Positions 41,295 through 53,500 are shown, numbered from the stretch's first letter. The stretch: DNA of 64,000 nucleotides from Cycas panzhihuaensis (GCA_023213395.1 CM041465.1:140561741-140625740); one strand, 5' to 3'. Program-made: numbers and translations. The notes: generated by a model from the letters alone, not told the origin.

Positions 41295-41957
41295 TTCTCC
41301 CCCTTAATGTCATCACGAACACTTGTATCTTTTCCTTTAACTTATGGAACTTGTATTTGAAAAAAACTTTGAAATTCTAATCTTTATCTTTATCAACTAT
41401 TCTTATTCTTTCAGCAACACGTATCCTTGTACCATGAAGTGGTACAAAAAATCTATAAGTAAAATGCAAAAAATCTAGTGCAAATAAAGCTTGATTCAAG
41501 CAGGTATGTATAGTTACAACTTTGACTTTCACTTCTGAAATTTTAACTTTAACTATCATATCATTAGGTCTCTTTTCTGTCATATCAGATTCATTCTCCA
41601 TCATGTCATAGGATTCATTTTCATTCTCCCCCTCAAATGGAGGATCAAATCCTTGTGTAAAAAGTTGGTCCTGCATTTGATCTGCATCTTCATTAGTTTT
41701 GTCAACATGATCTACTTGTTCTATTACCTATCTTACATGCTCAACAAAAATATCATCAAATACAAGGATGGTATCTCCCCCATAAGTGGAAATTAAAATA
41801 TCCCAAATAGATTTAGAAGTAGTTAATTCATAAACCTTTAAAAAAACATCATCATTCATAGTGCAAAATAATAATCCTAACGCTTCATTATCCTTTCTAA
41901 TGTTTTCCTTAATACTAACATCATAGTCATCTTGCAAATATTTCCATAAACCATGTG
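41295..41957 (-). pseudogene. B1 mini-gag ORF, main part (its N-terminus is at 47648-47720, split off by B2)
   Basis: Rejoined MKNYFI/THGLWKYLQDDY. ORFs 41728-41937 and 41377-41676 are in one frame. Ends KVFFKYKFHKLKEKIQVFVMTLRG. Confidence 0.88.
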
Positions 41958-42275
41958 TAATATGAAGGAAAATATACTTGCACGAGAACAGGGTAGAACA
42001 TATATCAAATAACTATAAACCAATATTGCATCAATACATCAATGTATCACAATCACAATAGTATAAACCATGAAAGCATTATTGTTTAATCCATTGTAGC
42101 AGAAAAAAGTGATACAAATTTCTCATTTGAGGGCGGTGTCTAAAGACACCAGGGTTGTACACCCCATTATATAAATAGTTTTGGGGGAGGAGGGAAACTC
42201 CTCAACCCTTGAATTCAAATTAATAATAAAATAATGTAACTTAACTCAAATGAAACTAACTCAACTTACCTTAAC

Positions 42276-43124
42276 TTACCTTGACATATTGAGCATCACA
42301 TGTTTAAATTGAGGTGCACAATCCTGGTAGGTAAGAGGGAGTTGAGTGATGACATTACACTCCAACATTCTCCCCCTTAATGTCAGCACGAACACTTGTA
42401 TCTTTTCCTTGAATTTATGGAACTGGTGCTTGAAAAAAACTTTAAAATTTGGATCTTGTTCTTTATCAACTATTCTCACCCTTATAGCCACATATGTCTC
42501 TTTATCATGGAATGATGTAGAAAAACTATAAGTAGATGAAACTTGATTCAAATATAAATGAATAACTGTAATTTTGACTTTGTCAACTGGAACATTGAGA
42601 ATGCTTTGAACTTGAACTTTTGTAGTCTTTATGCTTTGAACAACTACCATATCATCAGGTTTATTCTTTGTCATACCATCAGATTCATTCTTCATTATGT
42701 CATAAGATTCATCTTCATTCTCCCCCTCGAATAGAGGATCAGGTACTTAGGTAGCAAGTTGGTCCTGTATTTGATATGAATCCTTATGGGTGTTATCGTT
42801 ATGCTTCACCTGTTCTGTCACCTGTCTCACATGCTCATCAAAAATATCATCAAATACATGGAGGGTATCCTCCCCATAAATGGAAATCAATAAATCCCAA
42901 ACAGGCTTAGATGTTGTCAAATCACATACCTTTGAAAAAATTTTATCATTCATAGTACAAAATAATAAACCTGATGCTTCATTATCCTTTTAAAAAATTT
43001 CTTTAATGCTAAGGTCACATTCATGTTGTAAATACTTCCACAAATCATGTTCAATAAAATAAGTTTGCATGGTGTCATACTATAGTGAAAAGTTATGTCC
43101 ATCGAAAATGGGAAATTGTGCCAT
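42276..43124 (-). pseudogene. B2 mini-gag ORF, 283 codons with 3 premature stops, reading into the 3' LTR
   Basis: MAQFPIFDGHNFSL*YDTMQTYFIEHDLWKYL...KDNEASGLLFCTMNDKIFSKV...WDLLISIYG, then an acidic linker, then KVFFKHQFHKFKEKIQVFVLTLRGRML...MSR*. Confidence 0.88.
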
Positions 43125-44599
43125 TTTATCAAAAAACTTTAGTATGTAAAATGAATATGCTTTAACAAGTTAAAATATCAATAAATCAATGAATATATAT
43201 GATTTCAAATGCCCTTTAGAAAGTTAGTCAACTAGGCATAATAAGGAAATAATCTTTTTTTTTTTAAATGATAAAAAAACTTTTCAATATATGTACGCCT
43301 TTCAAATAAACTTTGAGATAAAGTGAATATAAGAGCATATATAAAGATCTTTTGCCTTGATAATAATGTAAAAAGCTGAAAATGAAATATATAAAAGTAT
43401 TTTTCACTTTGAAAAAATAACAATATAAAGAAATTTTTAATAAAAAATTAATATGCTTCTTAAAAGAAAGTTTGAATGATAACCTTAGGTTTGAGGGATT
43501 CAAAAGTATATTAAATGATATCAAAATGATATAAAACTTTACAAGTATAAAGATAAAAAAAATATGAACCCAACGGAACTAACCGTTCTGAAAATGGGTT
43601 CCTAGAAATCAAGTTTTAGTGAATCAAAGGTACAGGCCCCATTTTGAGGCTAAACAGGAGCAAGGGGTCAAAATGCTAACAAAATACTTATAAAATGTTA
43701 TAAGGTGATCAAATATTGTTTATAAAATTGTTCAATATACTTTCAATTGAAATTTGTTTTTTAAATATATTTAAAATGTGTAAAAATAGTAGATTTGAGG
43801 CAATAAAGTATCTCTACTTTGAATGATTTGAAAGTCAGGAAAAATATGTCAAAATGTATAAAACATTATGTAAAATCGAAGAAAATTGAGTCAGCTTCCC
43901 AACAAAATTGGCGGAATTGAAATCTAAAACAAAATAAAAAAGTTATAGCAAAAATGGTAATAAGTGTCTTTATGTAAACTGTTAAGAAACAGGCTAAAAA
44001 CAACTAAATTCTCACTTTTAGCAATTAAAATACTAATGAAAATGAATTCAAAAAATTAAAACAAGAAGTGGATATTAAAGTTTGTAGAACGTAGATTGCT
44101 ATAGAAGAAATCCAAGCAAAAACAATTTACCAGTAATAAATCACAGCTAGTTCTAAAAATGATTTTGTTAAAAGTGTGAAAAAGACTGAAATTTTGAATG
44201 TCTGACGTTAAATTGGCTGAAACAGGGTCAAATCGGCACCAAATTGGTCATATGACCAGTCAAAATTAGTGTACAAAAACTTTTTGATCTAGTGGAGGTG
44301 GTTTCGTCAGAAACCAATGCTCCAGTGAAGAGTTATGGAAAAAAAATGCCAATAACCCTATAAAAGATAAAAAATTAAAAAAATAAATAAAAAGAAAACG
44401 TTTATAAAAAGGTGAAAAACCCCTTTAGAGATAAGTTACGATCATAAGAGTATGAATATGACCAAGAACAGTAAATAGAAGGAGCTAAATCCCTTTAAAC
44501 ACATAGATCACATGGATTTAAAAATTTATATAATAAATTTTAATTTTTTTTAAACTTTGTATTATTAAAACTATATTAAAACTATATAAGAAAAATGAA

Positions 44600-46340
44600 G
44601 TCAGTTGTATTAAATGGCAATGCCACTGACAAATATTCAACAACAATATTCAACATTAATGGCTATGCCGTCTGCTGATATAATATATATATAATATAAA
44701 AGATGCTCAAACGCCAGAACCTAATAATGGCTATGCCACCGTCCGTCGATATAAAAAGATGAAAAACGATCATCCGCCATAAAAAACTAAAAGCTGAAAA
44801 CACTCAAACTGCGTGCCAACGGCAATGGAAACACACAACGCTGAAACAGAGATGGGAAGACGAAGGAGATAACGCCAGCGCCAATGCCAATATATATATA
44901 TAATAGCAGCGCTGTAGGGTGCCAATAACGTACGTGTAGGCTGTTTTCTGCATGCCAAACCTGCGTAGAGGTGCTGAGAGCTACGCACCAATAACCATTG
45001 TGAGCCACTGTACTCCCAATGCAGATCGCCAGCTGCTAATGCCAATGATAATAAAAGTATAGAAGCGAAGCGTTGCACCCAATGCAAGACGACTGTTCAA
45101 TCGCATCTGCCAATGATATGCAACGTGAGACGGCTGTTCAAGCATCACTACGGGCAAACACAGTTATTAACCCAATGCAATACGGGATACCAAGGCACCC
45201 AACACGCAATCAAATGCACAAATAGAGTTGCAGAACAGGGAAGGAGACGCCAAGGGATATCAGACGCCAACGGAGGAAACTACTAATCTCTCTGATTATG
45301 TAATAAGTGAAGAAACTGGTGCGGCAAAGGATGGCATTAGTTGACTTATATTATTAGTCACAGATGTTCTATCTCTGTATTAATCCTATTGGCGCTATGT
45401 ATATGCGAGACAAAAGATGATGGTAAGGACACAATAAATTTTGAATCTGTATCTGAAACTAAGGATGAAAGCTTGAAAGCAGGAGAGGATGCAACTGTTC
45501 AATGGAATGGATTCAGACACCAATGGAGGAGGAGCCGGATAAGTTCCAAATGTTTAATGGAAATGTTGATTTAAGAAAGAAGAAAAAAAAAAATCACACA
45601 AATACGCTTACATAAATGCACCAAGCAACTATTTGATCCCAATGTCTTTAATGCTTGGATGGTCCTCTTTTTTGTTATGCCGAAAAGACTAGTTCTTGCT
45701 AAGGGCCAGCGTCCCCCTTCAAATGGAACAGTTCTATTGAATGTTTAGAACAATAATCTGAACGGTAGTAAACAGGGTCTTGGAATATATATGTATATAT
45801 TAGAAATGATAAAAGATAATCTGGCAACTAGGTAAATAAAGTTATTTCAGCTGCCAACCAAGTAACTAATGCAGTAAGGATGGCTACAGTGAAAGATATT
45901 AAGAGACAAATGGATGGCAACGTGCCTATTCCAGAGGTATCAGTGGTCAGGTTTATGTAAGATATTATAATCAATAGGAATTTGATAAGCTTAAATAAAA
46001 ATACTTCAAATTGTGCTCTTATCGTTTAGCATCATTGCATATAAATGCATCTATATGATGTATTGTTTTGAATTTTGTCTCTATACAATAATAATAAAAT
46101 TGGGTTTTAGAAAATATTTAAAAGAAAATATATAGATATTTATACAAAAACATGAGAAATGTTGAGTTTTTTTTCTGTCTACTCTTGGTAAGACAAGTTG
46201 AGATAGTCTGGCCTAGAATATATGCCAGGTCTTGTAAAAAAATATCTTAGTGGAAATAAGGAAAGCTATAAATAAAGATATAATGAAAGGCAAGCTTTCT
46301 TTCTATTGATTCAATAGAGCACAAATCAACAAGAAATTTC
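44600..46340 (+). other. Variable cargo slot of B2: CpG-rich GCCAA-repeat block followed by exon-like fragments
   Basis: Lies between blocks conserved with B1 (up to 44248 and from about 46345). No visible similarity to the B1 slot. Confidence 0.65.
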
Positions 46341-48887
46341 TAAATATTTTGACAAACAGAAATAAGTCAAGCAAATATCATACATGTAGGTGTATCTGAA
46401 ATCTTTTTAAATGTATCTTGCAGTAGATATATTAGAAATATATATGTAAATCTGAAAAATGTAATTAAAAAAACCTCATAATGTAGCTGATTTGCAGACT
46501 TATAGCAGGTTAACCCTTACATATGAGATCTTCAAACTTTCAAGTGTATTCTTCAACAGATAGATCTGTTGCATATACCTCTTCGGATGGCTGAAAATGC
46601 CCCAAAAGTTACAGATATGCAACTGCTATCTTTTATAGATTAAAATATAGCTTGTAGCTGAAAAAAAGACTTTTATGAATCTACACAAATTTGTGAAATA
46701 ACACTGAAATATACTTGTTATATCATAAAAAATAACCGAATAATGAGTGAATCTATTGAAAAATATAATAAATCTGTTTAAAAACTTGTAGAAAATATCA
46801 CTAAATGATGAAGAATCGCAGATCTGAAGTGAGACCTAGTAGATCTACAAAAATATTATGTAAATGTTATAGATCTGACCTAAGTATAGTAGATTTATAG
46901 CCAAAAATATTATAAATCTGAACAAATATACTAGAAAATAGTGAAAAAACTTGCTGAAATAAGCAGATCTATAGTAAAAAATAGCAGACCTGAAGTAACA
47001 AATTGTAGATCTTTAAAGAAAACTTGATAACTTTTGTATGCAGCTAATGCTCTTTTGCAAATCTGCGAAAAATATCAAATAAGTAGACAAAACCTTGTAA
47101 ACTGTCAAAATATATAATAAATCTGTAGATCTGAAGAGAAAATAACTCAAATATGAGAATAAAAACTTGAATGTATATAACTTGTTGCTAAAAATCCTAC
47201 GTAGATCTGCACAAATCTTCACAGATTAGTAATCGCCTGCTCTGATACCAAATAAAGGAAAATATACTTGCAGGAGAACAGGGCAGAACATATATCAAAT
47301 AACCATAAACCAATATTGCATCAATACATCAATGTATCACAATCACAATAGTATAAACCATGAAAGCATTATTATTCAATCCATTATAGCAGAAAAGAGT
47401 AATACAAATTTCTTATATGAGGGTGGTGTCTAAAGACACTAGGGTTGTATACCCCATTATATAAATAGTTTTGAGGGAGGAGGGAAACTCCTCAACCCCT
47501 GAATTCAAATTAATAATAAAATAATGTAACTTAACTCAAATGAAACTAACTCAACTTACCTTAACATGTTGAGCATCACATGTCTAAATTGAGGTACACA
47601 ATCCTGGTAGGTAAGAGGGAGTTGAGTGATGACATTACACTCTAACACAATAAAATAGTTTTTCATAACCTTATGCCATTCTGAAAAATTTTGCCCATCA
47701 AATATAGGTAATTGTGCCATGTTATAAAAAACTTTAAAACATATAAAGTATACTTTTACTAAATCAAAAGAGTCAATAAATGAATAATGTTTGATATGAT
47801 GTCAAATATCCTCTTTAAAAAAAAAGTAATGCCCTTTGAAAATGAATCAATTGAATATAACCTTTATAGGTACAATAAGAAAATAATTGTTGCAATAATG
47901 ATAAATGCTTTCAATATATGTATGCCTTTGAAATAATCTTTGATATACTTTTTAGATATAATTTGAGATAAAATGAATATAAAAATAAGTTTGAATGTAA
48001 TAAAGATCCTTTAAGTATGCAAATTTGAAATAAACTTTAATGATAAAAAAGAATAAAATTTTCAACCTTTTGATTTTTTCAAATGTAGGGGTATGTCAAA
48101 TGCTTAAGTTTAACAACTTCAAAAGTATACTGAACGATATCAGAATAAGGTGGAACTTCACCATCATGAAGGTAAACAAAATATGAATCCAAGGGAATTG
48201 ACCATTTTGAAAACAGATTTGTATAAGTCAAATTTTGAATGACCAAATTTGCAGGCCTTGATTTGAGGCATAACAGGAGTAGGGGGCTCAAAATTATATA
48301 AAAATACTAATAAAATACTTGTAAAATGCTATAATGTAATCAAATATTATTTTTAAGATTACAAAATATACTTTCAATTGAGAAAAATTAAAAAATTATA
48401 TATAAAAAGTGTAAATATGGCAAGTTTAAAGTAATAAAGTCCCTTTACGTTGAGTGATTTGAAAAATAGTAAAAATATATTAAAATGTATAAAAAAAAAA
48501 ACTATTTCATATCAAAGATAATTGAGCCAGCTTCCCAATAAAACTGACAGAACTGAATTTGGATGCCAAACAGAGAAGTTATAGCAGAAATGCCAACATG
48601 TACCTTTATGGTAAAATGTTAAGAAAAATGTTAAAAACCACTAAAATGCCACTTTCGGTGATTAAAATAGTGGTCAAAATGAATTCTTAAAAATAAAATA
48701 AAAGATGGATAATGAATTTTGTTGAATATAGATCATTGTAGAACAAATCCAGACAGAAAATAATTTCCTGGTAATAAAATATAATGAGTTCAAAAAGTGA
48801 TTTTGTAAAAAGTTTAAAAAAGGCTGAAAAAATGACTGATTTAACTTTAAATCAACTGAAATGGGGTCAAATCAGCACCAAATTGGT

Positions 48888-50570
48888 TCACATCTTTAGG
48901 AACTACAAATTGTCCAACGATCTTCGGCTGAGAATTAGATTTCCTTAATTAATATAGATTTGGATAGGCTTGTTGGGAATATTGATTGGGTTCATGAGAC
49001 CAAAGATCATAGAAAATTTCTCGTAATGTGTTGTTACTTTGTAGCAAAGTGTCCTTAACAAGTTATAGCTTGAAAGAGGCCCTTTTGATCACTGAAGGAT
49101 TCATGGCTATTGAAGTAAATTTTACAAATACTAGAGTCGTTACATCACGAGCTCTTGCCCTGCCCTTGTCTTTTCAAAGAACTCAAGTATATTTTGTTGT
49201 TCTCAATCTCATCGAGATACCATAGTGGGTTTTGTTTAAGAAGGAGAGCAAACATCATGGTTCAATATGTATGTATTATTATTGATATTACTATTATGTT
49301 TTCTTCACAGTAATTTACAACGAGGTTGTATATTCTCCTTTTTTGGTTAAGCAATGGTTGTAGGATAACACATACTGCGTTTGATTACACTGCTGTGTTG
49401 TGCATGTAATAACACTAGATTGCATGCATGTCATATAAGATTAAATGCTCTACTCAGTATTTGCAACCATTAAATAGACTTTTTTATAGAATGATATGCA
49501 TCCTATTTGTTTCTATTCACAGAATGAAATTCTTGTTTGTTTCTTGAATTGTCTGCTCAGCAAGGAGATGCTCTTGCTAGAGAGCTAGTATTTGATGATA
49601 TGATTTTGGTTTCAGTCAATGTTAGAGCAGCATGAGAATGAGATTTTGAACCAGTTTTCTATAACAAAAAAATGGCAGACTTTATCGCCGCTTCGAATAA
49701 AAAAGTTAAGTGTTGTTTTCTCCCTCTAAGAGGAAAAATCTACTGATTTCATAAAAGTTGTTTCGATGATCTTTTGGCCGTTTTGAAAGTTGAATGCATT
49801 GTACTGAAAAGTTACAGTCTAAGAACTGTGGTAGAAATTTGACTGTTGCTAGAATGAGCTATGCACCTTGTAAGTACTTAGGCTACTCTCCATAATCCTT
49901 GAGGATGTTGGTGCCTTTTTAACAGCAGAACCTCACAACGTGTATAGAATGCAAAATGCTAATAGACTAGATAAATCAACACCACTTTTATTGTGGTTTT
50001 TGTTTGAAAAAAAAATAAATGTTACCATGCTTTGTAAATGGATGTTGTTGTTGCTAATATTGAATTTCAGTTCTCAAGCTAGGGTTTGGATGATTTTTGC
50101 TCACATGAAGTAATAATATCTTGAGTAGTTTGATCTTTAGATACTTATCCTTTTGAAGATATGGCTCAACAATTGGGCCTATACTTAAAATCACACATAT
50201 AACAAAGGGAAAAAGAGGTTCTTGAGGTAAATATGGCTCTGCTACCAAATTACTTAGCAGATCTCAATTAGGGTCATGGATCTACACAACGTGAGATTCA
50301 AGTATCAATTGATACTGAATATACAGTGAAGAAAAAAAATATTTTAGAAAATGTTAAGAACGATTGCTCTTCAAAAATGTAGTTATGGAATCAAATCAAA
50401 CGAATGGCAAGTTAAAGTAGGATTCTACTAGGTTTGGAGGATATAACTCAAGTCAGAAGTTGGAAATACTGATGAGTAATGGTTAAAGAGTTGTACTTCA
50501 ACCCAGATTTGTATGAGTATAGGCCTTTCAATGTGAATACTTCAAATAAACCAAATCTTTTCTTTCCCCC
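48888..50570 (+). other. Variable cargo slot of B1: array of exon-like fragments with short GT...AG stubs
   Basis: B1/B2 homology ends at CACCAAATTGGT (48887) and resumes at about 50578. Repeated YAG / GTA-type boundaries flank short, mostly open frames. Confidence 0.6.
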
Positions 50571-53500
50571 TTTTTAATATATTGACAAAAAATATATCTG
50601 GCAAATAAGATGCATGTATATGTATTTGAGATATTTTCAAATATATTGTAGATATATTAGAAATATGTGTTCAAAACTAAAACAGTAACTAAAGAACCTG
50701 GAAGATGTAGCTGTAGTAGATTTGTAGTTGAAAATAGGCTTCAAAGCTTCTAGTAGACAGATCTGCAGTATATACTTCTTCAGAAACCTAAATATGTTCC
50801 AAAGATTATAGATCTGTAAAAAGACTTAAGAATGTAGTCAAAATATGTGATGAAAAAATATAGATCTGAAAAGAAATATAGCAGATCTGAACTAAATGTT
50901 GCAGATCTGAAATAACTATGCCAGAAAATAGTGTAATACTTCCTGAAATAAGCAGATCCGAAGTAAAAACCAGTAGATCTAAAAGAATATTTAATATTTG
51001 AGTAGAATAAACTAGGAAACTATCAAATATTTGATACAAAGAGCAGATCTAAAAAATATAAGCCAGATCTATAGAAAACTATGGTAGATTTAAAGTAAAA
51101 ATTATAGATCTTGAAGAAAAAGCCATATGAATCTTACATGCAACTGATCTCCTTTACAGATCTGCGAAAAATATTAGATAAAATAGATAAATATACTTGA
51201 AAAACTATCAAATATATGATCAAAATTGTAGATCTGAAAAAATATATATATCAAATATGATAAAAAGCTTGAATACAAATAAATTGTTGCTGAAATACGT
51301 TGATCTTCTTTGTAGATCTAGAAATATAACAAACAATCTGCATAAATCTGAAAAAATCTGAAGTATATTTGTTATACTAGGAAATAGCTCAATAATAATT
51401 AAAACTTGATGAAAAACTAGAGGAAATTTACTGAAAAAAAATTACAGAAAATAAATATCACTGATATTATTTACTTGTGTGAAAATCTGCCTCAAAATCT
51501 TCTTGCTTTTTCGAAAAACTTCATAGATCAGCAATCGCCTACTCTAATACCAAATGTAGGAAAAATAATAGAGCAAAACTATGCTCTGATACCAAATGTA
51601 GGAACAAATATTGTAGGAGAATAGGGCAGAACATAGAATAATATTCAATAGATCAATACATTAATATAAATCTTCAATACATCAATGTTGCAATGTAGCA
51701 TAAACATGAGAGCTTGAATCTTCAATCCATTGTTGAAAGTGAGCAATACAATTTTCTCAAATGAGGGTAGTATCTAAAAACACCAGGGTTGTACACCCCT
51801 CAATATTTATAATTTGGGGGAGGAGGGAAACTCCTCAACCCTTGAATTCAAAATAATAATAAAATAAAGTTAACTTAACTCAAATGAAACTAACTTAAAT
51901 CAAAGTTAAACTTACCTTAACATGTTAAGTATCACATATCTACATTGAAGTTGATGAGGTATACAATCTTGGTTGAAAAGGTGGGAGTGGAGTGATGGTG
52001 ATTAACTCTAACATATTTTTTGAAACTTAAAAAATTTTGTATTTGTTTTCAAAAATTTAATTAAATTGGATAGTTTTTTGAAATCTGGTTTTCAACCCCT
52101 TCATATTGGTAGGTGGTCATATGGAGAGTGTATATGGCTAGGGGCTAACTTATTAGGGACCAAACTTTAAATGCCAATAAATTGAATTGGATAGTTTTTT
52201 ATTTTTTAAAAATTATATTTAAAATTTAATAAAATTTTGATTCCATTACCAATTTCTTAAGGATCACACACTTTTATATGACATACTAGTACATTTTGCT
52301 CCATAACTTCTCATAGGAGTATGAGAATCAGACGTCGTCTGTTGTGTTGGAAAGCTGACTTTAAGAAAGTCATAACGAGTGGTCACACAACCTACTTTGG
52401 ATAGAAGAAGATAGAGAAATTTTAGGGTAAAGTTGATGCAAAGGCGTAAAACATCATTTTGGATGAGTTTTGTGTCAATTTTTAGAAAAATTTCACTCAA
52501 TCCTAATGTTTTTCATGGCTCCAAACATGGTGGTGACCTTATTTTTGAGAAATGGTAGATGATTGTTATAGTTTGGTTTAAAATCAAACATTTTGAGGCC
52601 CATTTATGAAAATTTGAGGCCTATTTCAGTTGAAAATTTACATTAAGTGAAATATTTGATGGATTTATCATATGAGACATCCTTGATATGCTAAACTTTC
52701 ATTTCCCCCTTCACAACATCATATTTGGTTTTGTGGATGATAAAAGCCCTAAACAAACATATAGATTACTTAGATATTAAAACAATTTATGTTATTTAAT
52801 TAGATGACAAATACAATTACCTTGTTACAGTTAACTTACCATTGCCAAGAAGGTTGGCTTGGTCTTAGAGTAGATTATTCAAGATGATCTAGTTGTCGAC
52901 TTAATCTAGCTAATGAAACTTTGAAAAAGTCCTATAAACAATTTAGAGAGATGATGAACCATGTATCTGAAGTGATTTCCTAGTGAACTTGTAATTACAA
53001 TGGTTGGTCACCCATGTATTTCGATAGATGGATTTTATTTTATATGGACTTAGATATCATTTTTCTTGATTTGATGGACAACTTAATATAAATTAAAAAT
53101 AGGCACCACACAGGTGAAGATATGAAGATGTACGCAAAACACGTTATATATAAGTTTATGGAGATAACATATAGTTATAGGTCTTGATAGATTATAGATG
53201 ATTTTGGTGATTAATGTAGAAGCTTTGCTCGAGCCTTATGGTGTGATGAGTTCATCCTAATATATAGGATACAGATGTCAACATACAAGATGAAGACATG
53301 AAGACTCAAGATCAAGATTCAAGGATATTAAACATTATGGGGGGGGTGTTAAAACCTAATGTTTAATGTATACATGATGTACAAATATACTTCCTACCAT
53401 TCACCTACTTCAAGATATGTGAGATGCATGCATATCGATGTTATACCACTATTGGATGATGTAAAGGCTCATTATATATGATAGTCTACTCATGAGGTGA

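Larger units (their letters stand above)
41963..47647 (-). mobile_element. Mini-gag LTR element B2 (inner; innermost insertion of the nest)
   Basis: 3' LTR 41963-42367, 5' LTR 47253-47647. PBS 47239-47250. PPT 42368-42378. TSD TAATA/CAATA. Confidence 0.95.
40868..52013 (-). mobile_element. Mini-gag LTR element B1 (outer)
   Basis: 3' LTR 40868-41294, 5' LTR 51597-52013. Perfect TSD TATTT. PPT 41295-41305. PBS TGGTATCAGAGC at 51583-51594. Confidence 0.95.

Noticed and set aside
44770-45087. 105-aa minus-strand ORF with signal-peptide-like start
   Set aside because: Non-ATG start, lies in the low-complexity GCCAA block, no recognisable domain, and no counterpart in B1.
45270-50570. A real host gene whose introns contain this TE nest
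   Set aside because: The exon-like pieces lie inside TSD-bounded elements, the intervening GT-AG segments are too short to splice, and phases do not join into one frame.
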